DNA from: Mayamaea pseudoterrestris
Taxonomy: Eukaryota
Direction of reading: 5' to 3'
NCBI GenBank assembly: GCA_027923505.1
Contig: BROI01000013.1
Location: forward strand, 310,001 to 374,000
DNA length: 64,000 bases
Shown: positions 53,098 to 64,000 of the stretch, piece after piece
How the letters are laid out: each line of letters opens with the position of its first letter
How positions within the stretch are numbered: position 1 is the stretch's first letter
The notes under the pieces: model-generated
Told to the model about the DNA's origin: nothing
Database searches by the model: none
The model's input: only the letters and a program-made list of their open reading frames with translations
Program-made: the position numbers and the translations under genes

Positions 53098-56000
53098 CTA
53101 TCATACCACTACAATGCCCTGTGCCCTACAACCCAATGAGTCAGGCAAAACATGTCCAGGATGTGCCATTGACATGAGGATGGTCTGAAATGGTGCAAAA
53201 TGGACTGCCGGGAGGCCTACACCATGGAATGGTCTGCAGGCTGGGTGTGGCCAACACCCCAAATTATGGAATCATACCATGAGAATGCCCCGTGCCCTGG
53301 CCACCCAACAGCCCAATGAGTCAGGCAAAACATGTCCAGGATGTGCCATTGACATGAGGATGGTCTGAAATGGTGCAAAATGGACTGCCGGGAGGCCTAC
53401 ACCACGGAATGGTCTGCAGGCTGGGTGTGGCCAACAGCCCAAATTATGGAATCATACCACTACAATGCCCAATGCCCTGGCCACACAACAACCCAATGAG
53501 TCAGGCAAAACATGTCCAGGGTGCGCCATTGACATGAGGATGGTCTGAAATGGTGCAAAACGGACTGCCTGGAGGCCTACACCATGGAATGGTCTGCAGG
53601 CTGGGTGTGGCTGGCCAACACCCCAAATTATGGAATCATACCACTACAATGCCCCGTGCCCTGGCCACCCAACAACCCAATGAGTCAGGCAAAACATGTC
53701 CAGGGTGTGCCATTGACATAAGGATGGTCTGAAATGGTGCAAAACGGACTGCCGGGAGGCCTACACTATGGAATGGTCTGCAGGATGGGTGTGGCCAACA
53801 CCCCAAACTATGGAATCATACCACTACAATGCCCCATGCCCTGGCCACCCAACAACCCAATGAGTCAGGCAAAACATGTCCAGGGTGAGCCATTGACATG
53901 AGGATGGTCTGAAATGGTGCAAATTGGACTGCCTGGAGGCCTACACCATGAAAAATGGTCTGCAGGCTGGGTATGGCCTACGCACCAAATTATGGAATCA
54001 CCACTACACTGCCCCATGCCCTGGCCACCCAACAACCCAATGAGCCAGGCCCCAACAGCCCAATGAGTCAGGCAAAACATGTCCAGGATGTGCCATTGAC
54101 ATGAGGATGGTCTGAAATGGTGCAAAATGGACTGCCGGGAGGCCTACACCACGGAATGGTCTGCAGGCTGGGTGTGGCCAACAGCCCAAATTATGGAATC
54201 ATACCACTACAATGCCCAATGCCCTGGCCACACAACAACCCAATGAGTCAGGCAAAACATGTCCAGGGTGCGCCATTGACATGAGGATGGTCTGAAATGG
54301 TGCAAAACGGACTGCCTGGAGGCCTACACCATGGAATGGTCTGCAGGCTGGGTGTGGCTGGCCAACACCCCAAATTATGGAATCATACCACTACAATGCC
54401 CCGTGCCCTGGCCACCCAACAACCCAATGAGTCAGGCAAAACATGTCCAGGGTGTGCCATTGACATAAGGATGGTCTGAAATGGTGCAAAACGGACTGCC
54501 GGGAGGCCTACACTATGGAATGGTCTGCAGGATGGGTGTGGCCAACACCCCAAACTATGGAATCATACCACTACAATGCCCCATGCCCTGGCCACCCAAC
54601 AACCCAATGAGTCAGGCAAAACATGTCCAGGGTGAGCCATTGACATGAGGATGGTCTGAAATGGTGCAAATTGGACTGCCTGGAGGCCTACACCATGAAA
54701 AATGGTCTGCAGGCTGGGTATGGCCTACGCACCAAATTATGGAATCACCACTACACTGCCCCATGCCCTGGCCACCCAACAACCCAATGAGCCAGGCAAA
54801 ACATGTCCAGGGTGTGCCATTGACATGAGGATGGTTTGAATTGGTGCAAAACGGACTGCCTGGAGGCCTACACCACGGAATGGTCTGCAGGCTGGGTGTG
54901 GCCAACACCCCAAACTATGGAATCATACCACTACAATGCCCCCTGCCCTGGCCACCCAACAACCAAATGAGTCAGGCTAGGTTTGCAGGGCAGAATATGT
55001 GGTACCATTAGTTTGCAGGTTGGTTTGCAGCTGACAAATTGGTACAGTACGTTTGCGGGTGGACTAAGTGGTACCATTAGTTTGCAGGTTGGCTTGCGGC
55101 TGACGAATTGGTACAGTACGTTTGCGGGCGGACTAAGTGGTACCATTAGTTTGCAGGTTGGCTTGCGGCTGACGAATTGGTACAGTACGTTTGCAGGCGG
55201 ACTAAGTAGTACCATTAGTTTGCAGGTTGGGTTGCGGCTGACTAATTGGTACAGTACGTTTGCAGGTGGATTAAGTGGTACCATTAGTTTGCAGGTTGGC
55301 TTGCGGCTGACTAATTGGTACAGTACGTTTGCGGGTGGACTAAGTGGTACCATTAGTTTGCAGGTTGGCTTGCGGCTGACTAATTGGTGCGTATGCGGGT
55401 GTGGACTAAGTGGTACCATTAGTTTGGCAGGTTGGCTTGCGACTGACGAATTGGTACAGTACATTTGGGGCAAATGGACATGTCCGGGTGTGCCATTAGT
55501 TTGCAGGTTGGCTTGCAGCTGATGGTTTGCGGGTGGACTAAGAGGTACCATTAGTTTGCAGGCTGGCTTGCAGCTGACGAATTGGTACAGTACGTTTGCG
55601 GGCGGACTAAGTGGTACCATTAGTTTGCAGGTTGGCTTGCGGCTGACAAATTGGTACAGTACGTTTACGGGTGGACTAAATGGTACCATTAGTTTGCAGG
55701 TTGGCTTGCGGCTGATGAATTGGTACAGTACGTTTGCGGGCGGACTAAGTGGTACCATTAGTTTGCAGGTTGGCTTGCGGCTGATGAATTGGTACAGTAC
55801 GTTTGCGGGTGGACTAAGTGGTACCATTAGTTTGCAGGTTGGGTTGCGGCTGACTAATTGGTGCACCATGGAATGGTCTGCAGGCTGGGAGTGGCCAACA
55901 CCCCGAATTATGGAATCATACCACTACAGTCCCCGTGCCCTGGCCACCCAACAACCCAATGAGTCAGGCAAAACATGTCCAGGGTGTGCCATTGACATGA

Positions 56001-58430
56001 GGATGGTCTGAAATGGTGCAAAAGGGACTGCCAGGAGGCGTACACCATGGCATGGTCTGCAGGCTGGGTGTGGCCAACACCCCAAATTATGGAATCATAC
56101 CACTACAATGCCCCATGCCCTAGCCACCCAACAACCCAATGAGTCAGGCAAAACATGTCCAGGGTGTGCCATTGACATGAGGATGGTCTGAAATGGTGCA
56201 AAAGGGACTGCCAGGAGGCCTACACCATGGAATGGTCTGCAGGCTGGGTGTGGCTACACCCCAAATTATGGAATCATACCACTACAATGCCCCGTGCCCT
56301 GGCCACCCAACAACCCAATGAGTCAGGCAAAACATGTCCACGGTGCGCCATTGACATGAGGATGGTCTGAAATGGTGCAAAAGGGACTGCCAGGAGGCCT
56401 ACACCATGGAATGGTCTGCAGGCTGGGTGTGGCCAACACCCCAAATTATGGAATCATACCACTACAATGCCCCGTGCCCTGGCCACCCAACAACCCAATG
56501 AGTCAGGCAAAACATGTCCAGGGTGTGCCATTGACATGTGGATGGTCTGAAATGGTGCAAAACGGACTGCCGGGAGGCCTACAGCATGGAATGGTCTGCA
56601 GGCTGGGTGTGGCCAACACCCCGAATTATGGAATCATACCACTACAGTGCCCCGTGCCCTGGCCACCCAACAACCCAATGAGTCAGGCAAAACATGTCCC
56701 GGGTGTGCCATTGACATGAGGATGGTCTGAAATGGTGCAAAACAGACTGCCTGGAGGCCTACACCACGGAATGGTCTGCAGGCCGGGTGTGGCCAACACC
56801 CCAAATTATGGAATCATACCACGACAATGCCCCATGCCCTGGCCACCCAACAACCCGATGAGTCAGGCAAAACATGTCCAGGGTGAGCCATTGACATGAG
56901 GATGGTCTGAAATGGTGCAAAACGGACTGCCTGGAGGCCTAAACCATGGAAAATGGTCTGCAGGCTGGGTATGGCCAACACCCCAAATTATGGAATCATA
57001 CCACTACAATGCCCCATGCCCTGGCCACCCAACAACCCAATGAGTCAGGCAAAACATGTCCAGGCAAAGGGTGTGCCACTGACATGAGAGTGGTCTGAAA
57101 TGGTGCAAAAGGGACTGCCGGGAGGTCTACAGCATGGAATGGTCTGCAGGCTGGGTGTGGCCAACACCCCGAATTATGGAATCATACCTTTACAATGCCC
57201 CATGCCCTGGCCACCCAACAACCCAATGAGTCAGGTAAAACATGTCCAGGGTGACCCATTGACATGAGGATGGTCTGAAATGGTGCAAAACGGACTGCCT
57301 GGAGGCCTACACCATGGAAAATGGTCTGCAGGCTGGGTATGGCCAAAACCCCAAATTATGGAATCATACCACTACAATGCCCCGTGCCCTGGCCACCCAA
57401 CAACCCAATGAGTCAGGCAAAACATGGCCAGGGTGTGCCATTGACATGGTGCAAAACGAACTGCCTGGAGGCCTACACCACGGAATGGTCTGCAGGCCGG
57501 GTGTGGCCAACACCCCAAATTATGAAATCATACCACTACAATGCCCCATGCCCTGGCCACCCAACAACCCAATGAGTCAGGCAAAACATGGCCAGGGTGT
57601 GCCATTGACATGAGGATGGTCTGAAATGGTGCAAAATGGACTGCCGGGAGGCCTACACCACGGAATGGTCTGCAGGCTGGGTGTGGCCAACACCCCAAAT
57701 TATGGAATCATACCACTACAATGCCCAATGCCCTGGCCACCCAACAACCCAATGAGTCAGGCAAAACATGTCCAGGGTGAGCCATTGACATGAGGATGGT
57801 CTGAAATGGTGCAAAACGGACTGCCTGGAGGCCTACACCATGAAAAAATGGTCTGCAGGCTGGGTATGGCCAACACCCCAAATTATGGAATCATACCACT
57901 ACAATGCCCAATGCCCTGGCCACCCAACAACCCAATGAGTCAGGCAAAACATGGCCAGGGTGTGCCATTGACATGAGGATGGTCTGAAATGGTGCAAAAC
58001 GGACTGCCTGGAGGCCTACACCACGGAATGGTCTGCAGGCCGGGTGTGGCCAACACCTTAAATTATGGAATCATACCACTATAATGCCCCATGCCCTGGC
58101 CACCCAACAACCCAATGAGTCAGGCAAAACATGTCCAGGGTGTGCCATTGACATGAGGATGGTTGGAAATGGTGCAAAACGGACTGCCGGGAGGCCTACA
58201 CCATGGAATGATCTGCAGGATGGGTGTGGCCAACACCCCAAATTATGGAATCATACCACTACAATGCCCCGTGCCCTGGCCACCCAACAACCCATTGATT
58301 CAGGCAAAACATGTCCAGGGTATGCCATTGACAGGTGCAGAGTCTCAAATGGTGCAAAAAGAAATGCCTGGAGGCTGACACCATGGGTACAGCCTCCACT
58401 GTGGGTATGGCCAACACCACATGTTGTAGA
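53098..58430 (+). repeat. 180-bp satellite (about 24-25 monomers in two blocks)
   Basis: Monomer marked by CCAATGAGTCAGGCAAAACATGTCCAGG recurs every ~180 bp. Confidence 0.97.
54978..55863 (+). repeat. 69-bp tandem array embedded in the 180-bp satellite (about 12 units)
   Basis: Unit GGTACCATTAGTTTGCAGGTTGGCTTGCGGCTGACGAATTGGTACAGTACGTTTGCGGGTGGACTAAGT; 23-aa periodicity in the ORF track. Confidence 0.95.
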
Positions 58431-58620
58431 TTCTGACCTGTCAAACGGAGCACCCAAAAAATTTTGACATAAGTTGGGTGGGAGCTGAGAACATGTTCAT
58501 GCAATGGCATTAAACAAGGAATGTTCTCTGTGGCTACTGTAGATTGAGGATTTGGCAGCCTTCAGTCAAATCACAATTTCGTCTTTGCCCTTTATATACT
58601 ATTGTCCCTGCTCCGTGCAT

Positions 58621-58739
58621 AGCAAGGACCATACAGCGCTGACAGCACCGCATCCCGTCTGCTCTGCGAAGTTAAGCAGCGCCTGGCCTGGTTAGTACTA
58701 CGGTGGGGGACCACGTTGGAATCCCAGGTGTTCTTGTTT
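58621..58739 (+). rRNA. 5S rRNA gene
   Basis: CCATAC, CATCCCGTC, GAAGTTAAGC (box A), GTTAGTACT, GGGGGACC; terminal stem AGCAAGGAC/GTTCTTGTT; oligo-T terminator; TATA-like element about 30 bp upstream. Confidence 0.93.
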
Positions 58740-59099
58740 TTACTTTTGCAACTGCGTTTACATTAACGTTAGCTCTCACCACCGTAATGGCCTAACATGC
58801 TTTGCAGCTAATAGTATGTTACGCTGCAAACCAATAGTTTTTGGTCTCTTCCATGGTAGGTCACGTCCTTGGAAATACTCGTACCGGTATGGGAATTTTA
58901 TCTGAGATAACCGAAGCGACGTCAATTATAATCGCATCGGCATTCATGCATGAGCGACAATCTCGCTATTCGATCATCGAAACGTTTCCTTCCATCGATG
59001 CCATCCTTCAGTCTGCCTTCTAGTGCCACTACTTTTTGCAGTGCATTGTAGTATTAGGAATATCTCTAATACATAAAAGAGGGGGAATAGCCTTGAAAG

Positions 59100-61025
59100 A
59101 TGGTTTCTTTATTCAATAGCCTGAGACGGTCACCTGTGGATTCGTCGCACGATTCTCTGCTTGGCGATTCTCAACGAAACAATCAACCAAATGACATTAG
59201 CGACGACATTGGACCCAGCATTAACCATCAAAACTATGCATCAGTCGACAATGGTCATCAACTTGACGAGTCGCACAGTAGCAACTGGTCGGATATTCGT
59301 TCGCCGTCGTTTGACTCTCAAGCAACTGAATCCTCCGTCGTCGGCCAGCCAATACACATGCCCCTCAAGAACATGGTTTGCATTCTTTCGACTGCATTTT
59401 CATATGGATGTATCATGACGACACTTTTCATCATTACACTGCCAACTGAATGCGAACGAATCCATCAGTCGCATCCAACGACTCCAAAGAGCGTTGCTCT
59501 TGGAATCTTTGTTTCCGCAGCCGGCTTGACGCAACTTATCAGTCCATTGGCAGGTCGCCTGTCCGACAATTACAAACCACCAAACGGATTGGAACTGGGA
59601 CAAAGACTTCCGTACCTAGTGCTTGGTTCATTTAGTGCTGTTATTGGCTTGATGGGACAAATGTTTGCGTCAAGCGCCGGCAACGTTTGGTTTCGATACG
59701 GCATTTGCTTCCTGCTCAACATGCTTGGCTTGACGCTCATGTACAGCATGATGCTTGCACTCATTCCTGATCAAGTGCCGGCGCATCAAACTGGAGTTGC
59801 CAATGGTGTATTGGCGCTGCTGCTGACAACGGGCAGCCTGTTTGGGTTTGGACTCATGCATCTTTACTACGACTACTACAGCGATAGCTACTCCTTGACG
59901 GTTTCAAAGTCGTCCAAGCACAAGACGCTGGACTTGAGCAGTGTCTATGCATTGTACATATGCGTGGTGATTGTTTCAACAATACTGACTGGAACGTATG
60001 GGCATGACAGAGATGCCGAATTGGCTGCTGAGCGCATGGACAGTCGACGAAGCGAAAAGCAATTGGAGGAGGACGATGATGAGGCGCCAAGCGACAAGCT
60101 CGTCGACACTACAATAGCTACAGCAAGCAACACTACAGATCCATCTCTAGCGCATCATGTGCATCATCACAAGCATGGAAAACGCCGTTCACAGTGGCGT
60201 CATGCCGTTGGACGAACCACGCGCAAGGCCACCCAAGCAGTCATTGTTACACCATCAATCATACTCAAGTCAATGCTGATTGATCCATTTCAGAGTATGC
60301 ATTGGAGGGAAATCCGTCAATCTTATACCATTGACCGAGTCAAGTACCACGACTTTTACTTCGTCACCCTTTCGCGTTTATTCTACTATTGCGGCATGAG
60401 TGTCCAAACCTTCTTTCTCTACTTTCTCAAGGACATTATCCATAAGATGCACCATCAGGGACCCGAAACAGCCGTTGCTAGTTTGGCAATACTTGGACAA
60501 TGCGCAGCAGCCTTGACGTGCTACCCCGTCGGTGTCCTTTCCGACAAGGTGCTTGGCGGAAAACGCAAGCCCTTTGTCTACCTGTCATGCGCCGTCCTGT
60601 GCGCCGCCACGGCTGCCATTATATGGGCGCGGACGCTGTCGGACATGATGCACCTTTGTCTTATCATTGGAGCCGCGAATGGTGTTTACCTGACAATGGA
60701 TACGAGTCTGGCGGTGGACACGTTGCCAAAGGCTTTTGAGTTGGAACATGATGATTCGATTGGCAGTGCGCAACTACTTGGTGTTTGGGGTGTTGCGGCG
60801 CTTCTAGGAACGACGCTTGGCCCCATGGTTAGTGGTCCTCTCTTGTACATATTTGGACGCCACTCAACAACCGCATGCGATGAGGATGATGGTTGTGCTG
60901 CTACGACTGACACCTATGACGAAAGCTACACAATTTATGGCTACGCCGTTGTTCTTGGGCTTTCTTCCTTTTACTACTTGCTATCGGCGTGGTCATTGTG
61001 CTACGTTCGAAGTCATCATGAATAA
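59100..61025 (+). CDS. MFS transporter (about 12 TM)
   Basis: PLAGRLSD...GQRLPY and GVLSDK..GGKRKP motif A copies; large central loop. Confidence 0.85.
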   Translation: MVSLFNSLRRSPVDSSHDSLLGDSQRNNQPNDISDDIGPSINHQNYASVDNGHQLDESHSSNWSDIRSPSFDSQATESSVVGQPIHMPLKNMVCILSTAFSYGCIMTTLFIITLPTECERIHQSHPTTPKSVALGIFVSAAGLTQLISPLAGRLSDNYKPPNGLELGQRLPYLVLGSFSAVIGLMGQMFASSAGNVWFRYGICFLLNMLGLTLMYSMMLALIPDQVPAHQTGVANGVLALLLTTGSLFGFGLMHLYYDYYSDSYSLTVSKSSKHKTLDLSSVYALYICVVIVSTILTGTYGHDRDAELAAERMDSRRSEKQLEEDDDEAPSDKLVDTTIATASNTTDPSLAHHVHHHKHGKRRSQWRHAVGRTTRKATQAVIVTPSIILKSMLIDPFQSMHWREIRQSYTIDRVKYHDFYFVTLSRLFYYCGMSVQTFFLYFLKDIIHKMHHQGPETAVASLAILGQCAAALTCYPVGVLSDKVLGGKRKPFVYLSCAVLCAATAAIIWARTLSDMMHLCLIIGAANGVYLTMDTSLAVDTLPKAFELEHDDSIGSAQLLGVWGVAALLGTTLGPMVSGPLLYIFGRHSTTACDEDDGCAATTDTYDESYTIYGYAVVLGLSSFYYLLSAWSLCYVRSHHE

Positions 61026-61157
61026 ATACTGTAAAATTTTTGTAAAATAGCTAGTGTACAGTTAAAGACTCGATGATATGTTCAGTAAACGTCTCGACTG
61101 TTCCTACTTTTGCTCGTTTGGCTGATTGTTGGTTTGGTGAACCATCTCATTTCGATG

Positions 61158-62510
61158 CTATGTACTTGACTCGACTGTGACTACTTTTGCTCGTTTGGCT
61201 GATTGTTCGTTTGGTGAACCATCTCGTTGTTGCTCCTTTTCCAGTCGATCCAAAATGTACGCATCTGAATAGGATCGTCCGTCTCCAAACTCTTTGATTG
61301 TCGCATCCACTGCCTTGCCGTCGAGCCGAACGTGAGCCTGGTAATTCACATTCCAGACACGACAAAGCTGCTCCAATGACTGGCAGTCACATGTTTTTCC
61401 AATTGTTTGACCCGCCGGATATACATGAGGCAGAAACGGAACCAAGTGCGGAGGAGTTCGTCGAAAGGACATCATTTCCGAAATGACATACTTGGTGTTC
61501 TTGTAGTGAGTGTAATACTTTAGAGAGTGCTGCAAGTATTGTTGAATGACAGTCGTCTTGTCGAGAAGGAGACCCGAGTCGTAAGAATACTTGGCATCCG
61601 CAATGATGTTAACGTCAGTGGGCTTGCGAAAAATGCTCGCATTGTAAAGGGCGGGTCGTCCGAGCAAGACGCCGCGAGCGCCAGTCGACGAACAATAGTC
61701 AGTAAAGTCTTGCCTCGTGTAAAAGTCTCCATTGACAAAGAATGGTATGCTCGAATGTTTCGCAGTGACAATCTCCAAAACTTGCTTGAGCTCATCCTTC
61801 TTGGCAGGTTGCACTTCGGTGTCACCGACCCGTCGACCGTGAATGGCAATCGCATTGCATCCGGCATGAATCAAGCCAGACACAAAGTCCACCGTCGCCT
61901 GCGTCGTTGGTAGCAATCGAATCTTGGCCGAAACTGGAGTGTTTGGAACAGCGTTGGAAATGGAGCGAATAATAGTGCAGGCTCTAGCAGGGTCACTCAG
62001 CAGTGCCGATCCCATGCCGCCGCTCGTGCTAAACTTTTTGGGACATCCCATGTTGACATCAATGCCGTCAGCATCTTGACTAACATGCGTCGCTACTTGC
62101 TTGGCTAGTTCTGAACAGCCCGTTCCAATCTGAACAATCAACTTGCCTGTTTCTATCTTTGGATCGATTCGTAGCAGCAAGGGTGCATGTTCACCCATTT
62201 TTCGAATCGTTTTTCGATTCGCGTTAGAAACATCCTTGACGTAGTCAATTGTTGTATCGCTCGAGTCACTGTAGGTAGTCACGACTCGCTTGGTGTTTAG
62301 AATGCTTCGATCCATGAGTTCCTCCGTGTATACCAAGTCGGCTCCATACTCCAAGGCCAATGTCCGAAGAGGCGTGGTTCCGGCGCGGACCATGGGAGCG
62401 AGACAGACGAGAGGGGCACGTGATGACGGTTCATGATCATTCGTATTGCCATTGCTGCTTCTATCAGAGAGTCTGTAGAGTCGTCTGACTCTATCTTCCC
62501 TGCTGCTCAT
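61158..62510 (-). CDS. DUS2: tRNA-dihydrouridine synthase (Dus2-like)
   Basis: LAPMVRAGTTPLR, QIGT, DVNMGCPKKFS, KIRL, HGR, NGD. Confidence 0.88.
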   Translation of the reverse strand: MSSREDRVRRLYRLSDRSSNGNTNDHEPSSRAPLVCLAPMVRAGTTPLRTLALEYGADLVYTEELMDRSILNTKRVVTTYSDSSDTTIDYVKDVSNANRKTIRKMGEHAPLLLRIDPKIETGKLIVQIGTGCSELAKQVATHVSQDADGIDVNMGCPKKFSTSGGMGSALLSDPARACTIIRSISNAVPNTPVSAKIRLLPTTQATVDFVSGLIHAGCNAIAIHGRRVGDTEVQPAKKDELKQVLEIVTAKHSSIPFFVNGDFYTRQDFTDYCSSTGARGVLLGRPALYNASIFRKPTDVNIIADAKYSYDSGLLLDKTTVIQQYLQHSLKYYTHYKNTKYVISEMMSFRRTPPHLVPFLPHVYPAGQTIGKTCDCQSLEQLCRVWNVNYQAHVRLDGKAVDATIKEFGDGRSYSDAYILDRLEKEQQRDGSPNEQSAKRAKVVTVESST

Positions 62511-62673
62511 TGAATGGTCTATAATAATGGGGAGGTGAGTGTAGATTGTAAGGGACGAGTCGTCTATCTAGTGCTACTACTATAATCTGCAATGCATCCA
62601 TGGCCGCGAGACGCGCAAACGTGCGAATGATGAACGCAAACCAAAACCGGTAAGATGTCTTTCTACAATCCCA

Positions 62674-63043
62674 TATGACGTAATTGACACTGGCACTTGT
62701 TTCGTACTATTGCCTAATGACGTAATTGACACTGGCACTCGTTTCATACTATTGCCTTATGACGTGATTGACACTGGCACCCGTTTCGACATATGACGTA
62801 GTTTTCCTTGGCACTCGTTTCACAATATTGCCTTGCGACGTAGTTTTCACTGGCACTCGTTTCGTACTATAGTCTTATGACGTAGTTTTCACTGGCACTC
62901 GTTTCGTACTACTGCCTTATGACGTAGTTTTCACTGGCACTCGTTTCGTACTACTGCCTTATGACGTAGTTTTCACTGGCACTTGTTTCGTACTATTGCC
63001 TTATGACGTGATTGACACTGGCACTCGTTTCAAGGCAATAGTA
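62674..63043 (+). repeat. 42-bp tandem array, family A (9 units)
   Basis: Cores from 62688 to 63016 at 42-bp spacing, with one 34-bp unit. Confidence 0.95.
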
Positions 63044-63291
63044 ACCAAAAATAAAGTAAATGGTGGTGTATTGCCGGTTCGTTTCAAGTCGATTTTTCGG
63101 TTTTCACGTCGTGATCATGGCGAAAGAAGAAAGTGGTCATGGATGGTTCGCAGTGCGACATAATTTGCATCACTGCGACATCCGTTTCCGCATCCTCGGC
63201 ACGACGGCAAAATGCATCACCAGATTTGGATCAGCTGCGCTTGCTTTCCTACTACTGGAAGTACTGTCACCGACAAAACCATTACTATAAA

Positions 63292-64000
63292 ATGAATCAA
63301 GACTTGCAGGCCAAGCTGCAAAAGCGTCGTCAAATGGCGGATGGAGACATTGAACCGGAAATATCCATTGACGATCTTCGTGGAGCATCCGCTGCCAACG
63401 CCAACAACGCTTCAGATGCACTTCACATGAGCGCCGATCTAAAAGCAGCCATGGAGCGACAGCGACGCAAAGCAGATGGAGATTTAGTAGAAGAAAATGA
63501 TGACACTAGTAGTAAAGTTGTGGAACAGGGAACGCAGCAATCAACGCAAGCAATTCCAGTCGCTCTGACACCCGACAATAAGCAGCAGCAGCAGCAACAG
63601 GAAATTTCGTCTGGATCGTCTCGTCCCCGAAGCAGTCGCTCCAGTAACAAATCACGCAGCAATAGCGGTGAACAAAGGAAACTATTATTTGACGACGATC
63701 AAAGTCATAGCGAGTCGCAGTACAGTCATGATGATGCAGCAGCAGCAATGGCCTTGAAAAGCAAAGCAATTACTACCGGTAGTACACCCACCCGACGACC
63801 AGCATCCAGCCGACGCAACAAATCGATTACTGGGAGTGCGAGTAAACGGCCTACTGTTATTGACGAGGATGGCAAGTCAGTGACGAGTCGTACGCCAAGT
63901 CTTGAAGGAAATAGCAATGATTTGGATCGGTCGGGTCATTCGACGGGCAAAGCACGCAGACAGGGACGAGGATCGTCGCACCATGTGATTAGCTCGAGTA
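63292..64000 (+). CDS. Partial hypothetical low-complexity protein running off the window
   Basis: ATG at 63292 opens a frame without stops to the window end; begins MNQDLQAKLQKRRQMADG. Confidence 0.6.
   Translation, partial: MNQDLQAKLQKRRQMADGDIEPEISIDDLRGASAANANNASDALHMSADLKAAMERQRRKADGDLVEENDDTSSKVVEQGTQQSTQAIPVALTPDNKQQQQQQEISSGSSRPRSSRSSNKSRSNSGEQRKLLFDDDQSHSESQYSHDDAAAAMALKSKAITTGSTPTRRPASSRRNKSITGSASKRPTVIDEDGKSVTSRTPSLEGNSNDLDRSGHSTGKARRQGRGSSHHVISSS

Noticed and set aside
54931..56011. 312-aa and other repeat ORFs inside the satellites
   Set aside because: Units of 69 and 180 bp are multiples of 3, so open frames appear on both strands; no domain or gene context supports coding.

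Overview
Gene-dense eukaryotic nuclear DNA, almost certainly from a diatom. Evidence: short GT-AG introns, several ASAF-type bipartite plastid presequences, and nuclear psbO plus diatom-type psbQ'. The window holds about 28 host protein-coding genes, one intact and apparently very recent Ty3/Gypsy LTR retrotransposon (27822-33075, TSD ACCGG), a ~5.3 kb 180-bp satellite with an embedded 69-bp sub-array, and a single 5S rRNA gene. Most notable non-obvious signals: (1) five short tandem arrays (42-bp and 50-52-bp units, both containing TGGCAC) that lie only between head-to-head gene pairs; (2) a DDX24/MAK5 helicase gene with a candidate C/D-box snoRNA in every intron, including a putative 3'UTR intron whose snoRNA copy appears retargeted by 2 nt; (3) in the retrotransposon, an in-frame gag-TGA-pol junction, no tRNA-type PBS, and an internal copy of the polypurine tract. 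Gene names, rRNA targets and splice sites were read by eye and from memory; no searches were run.
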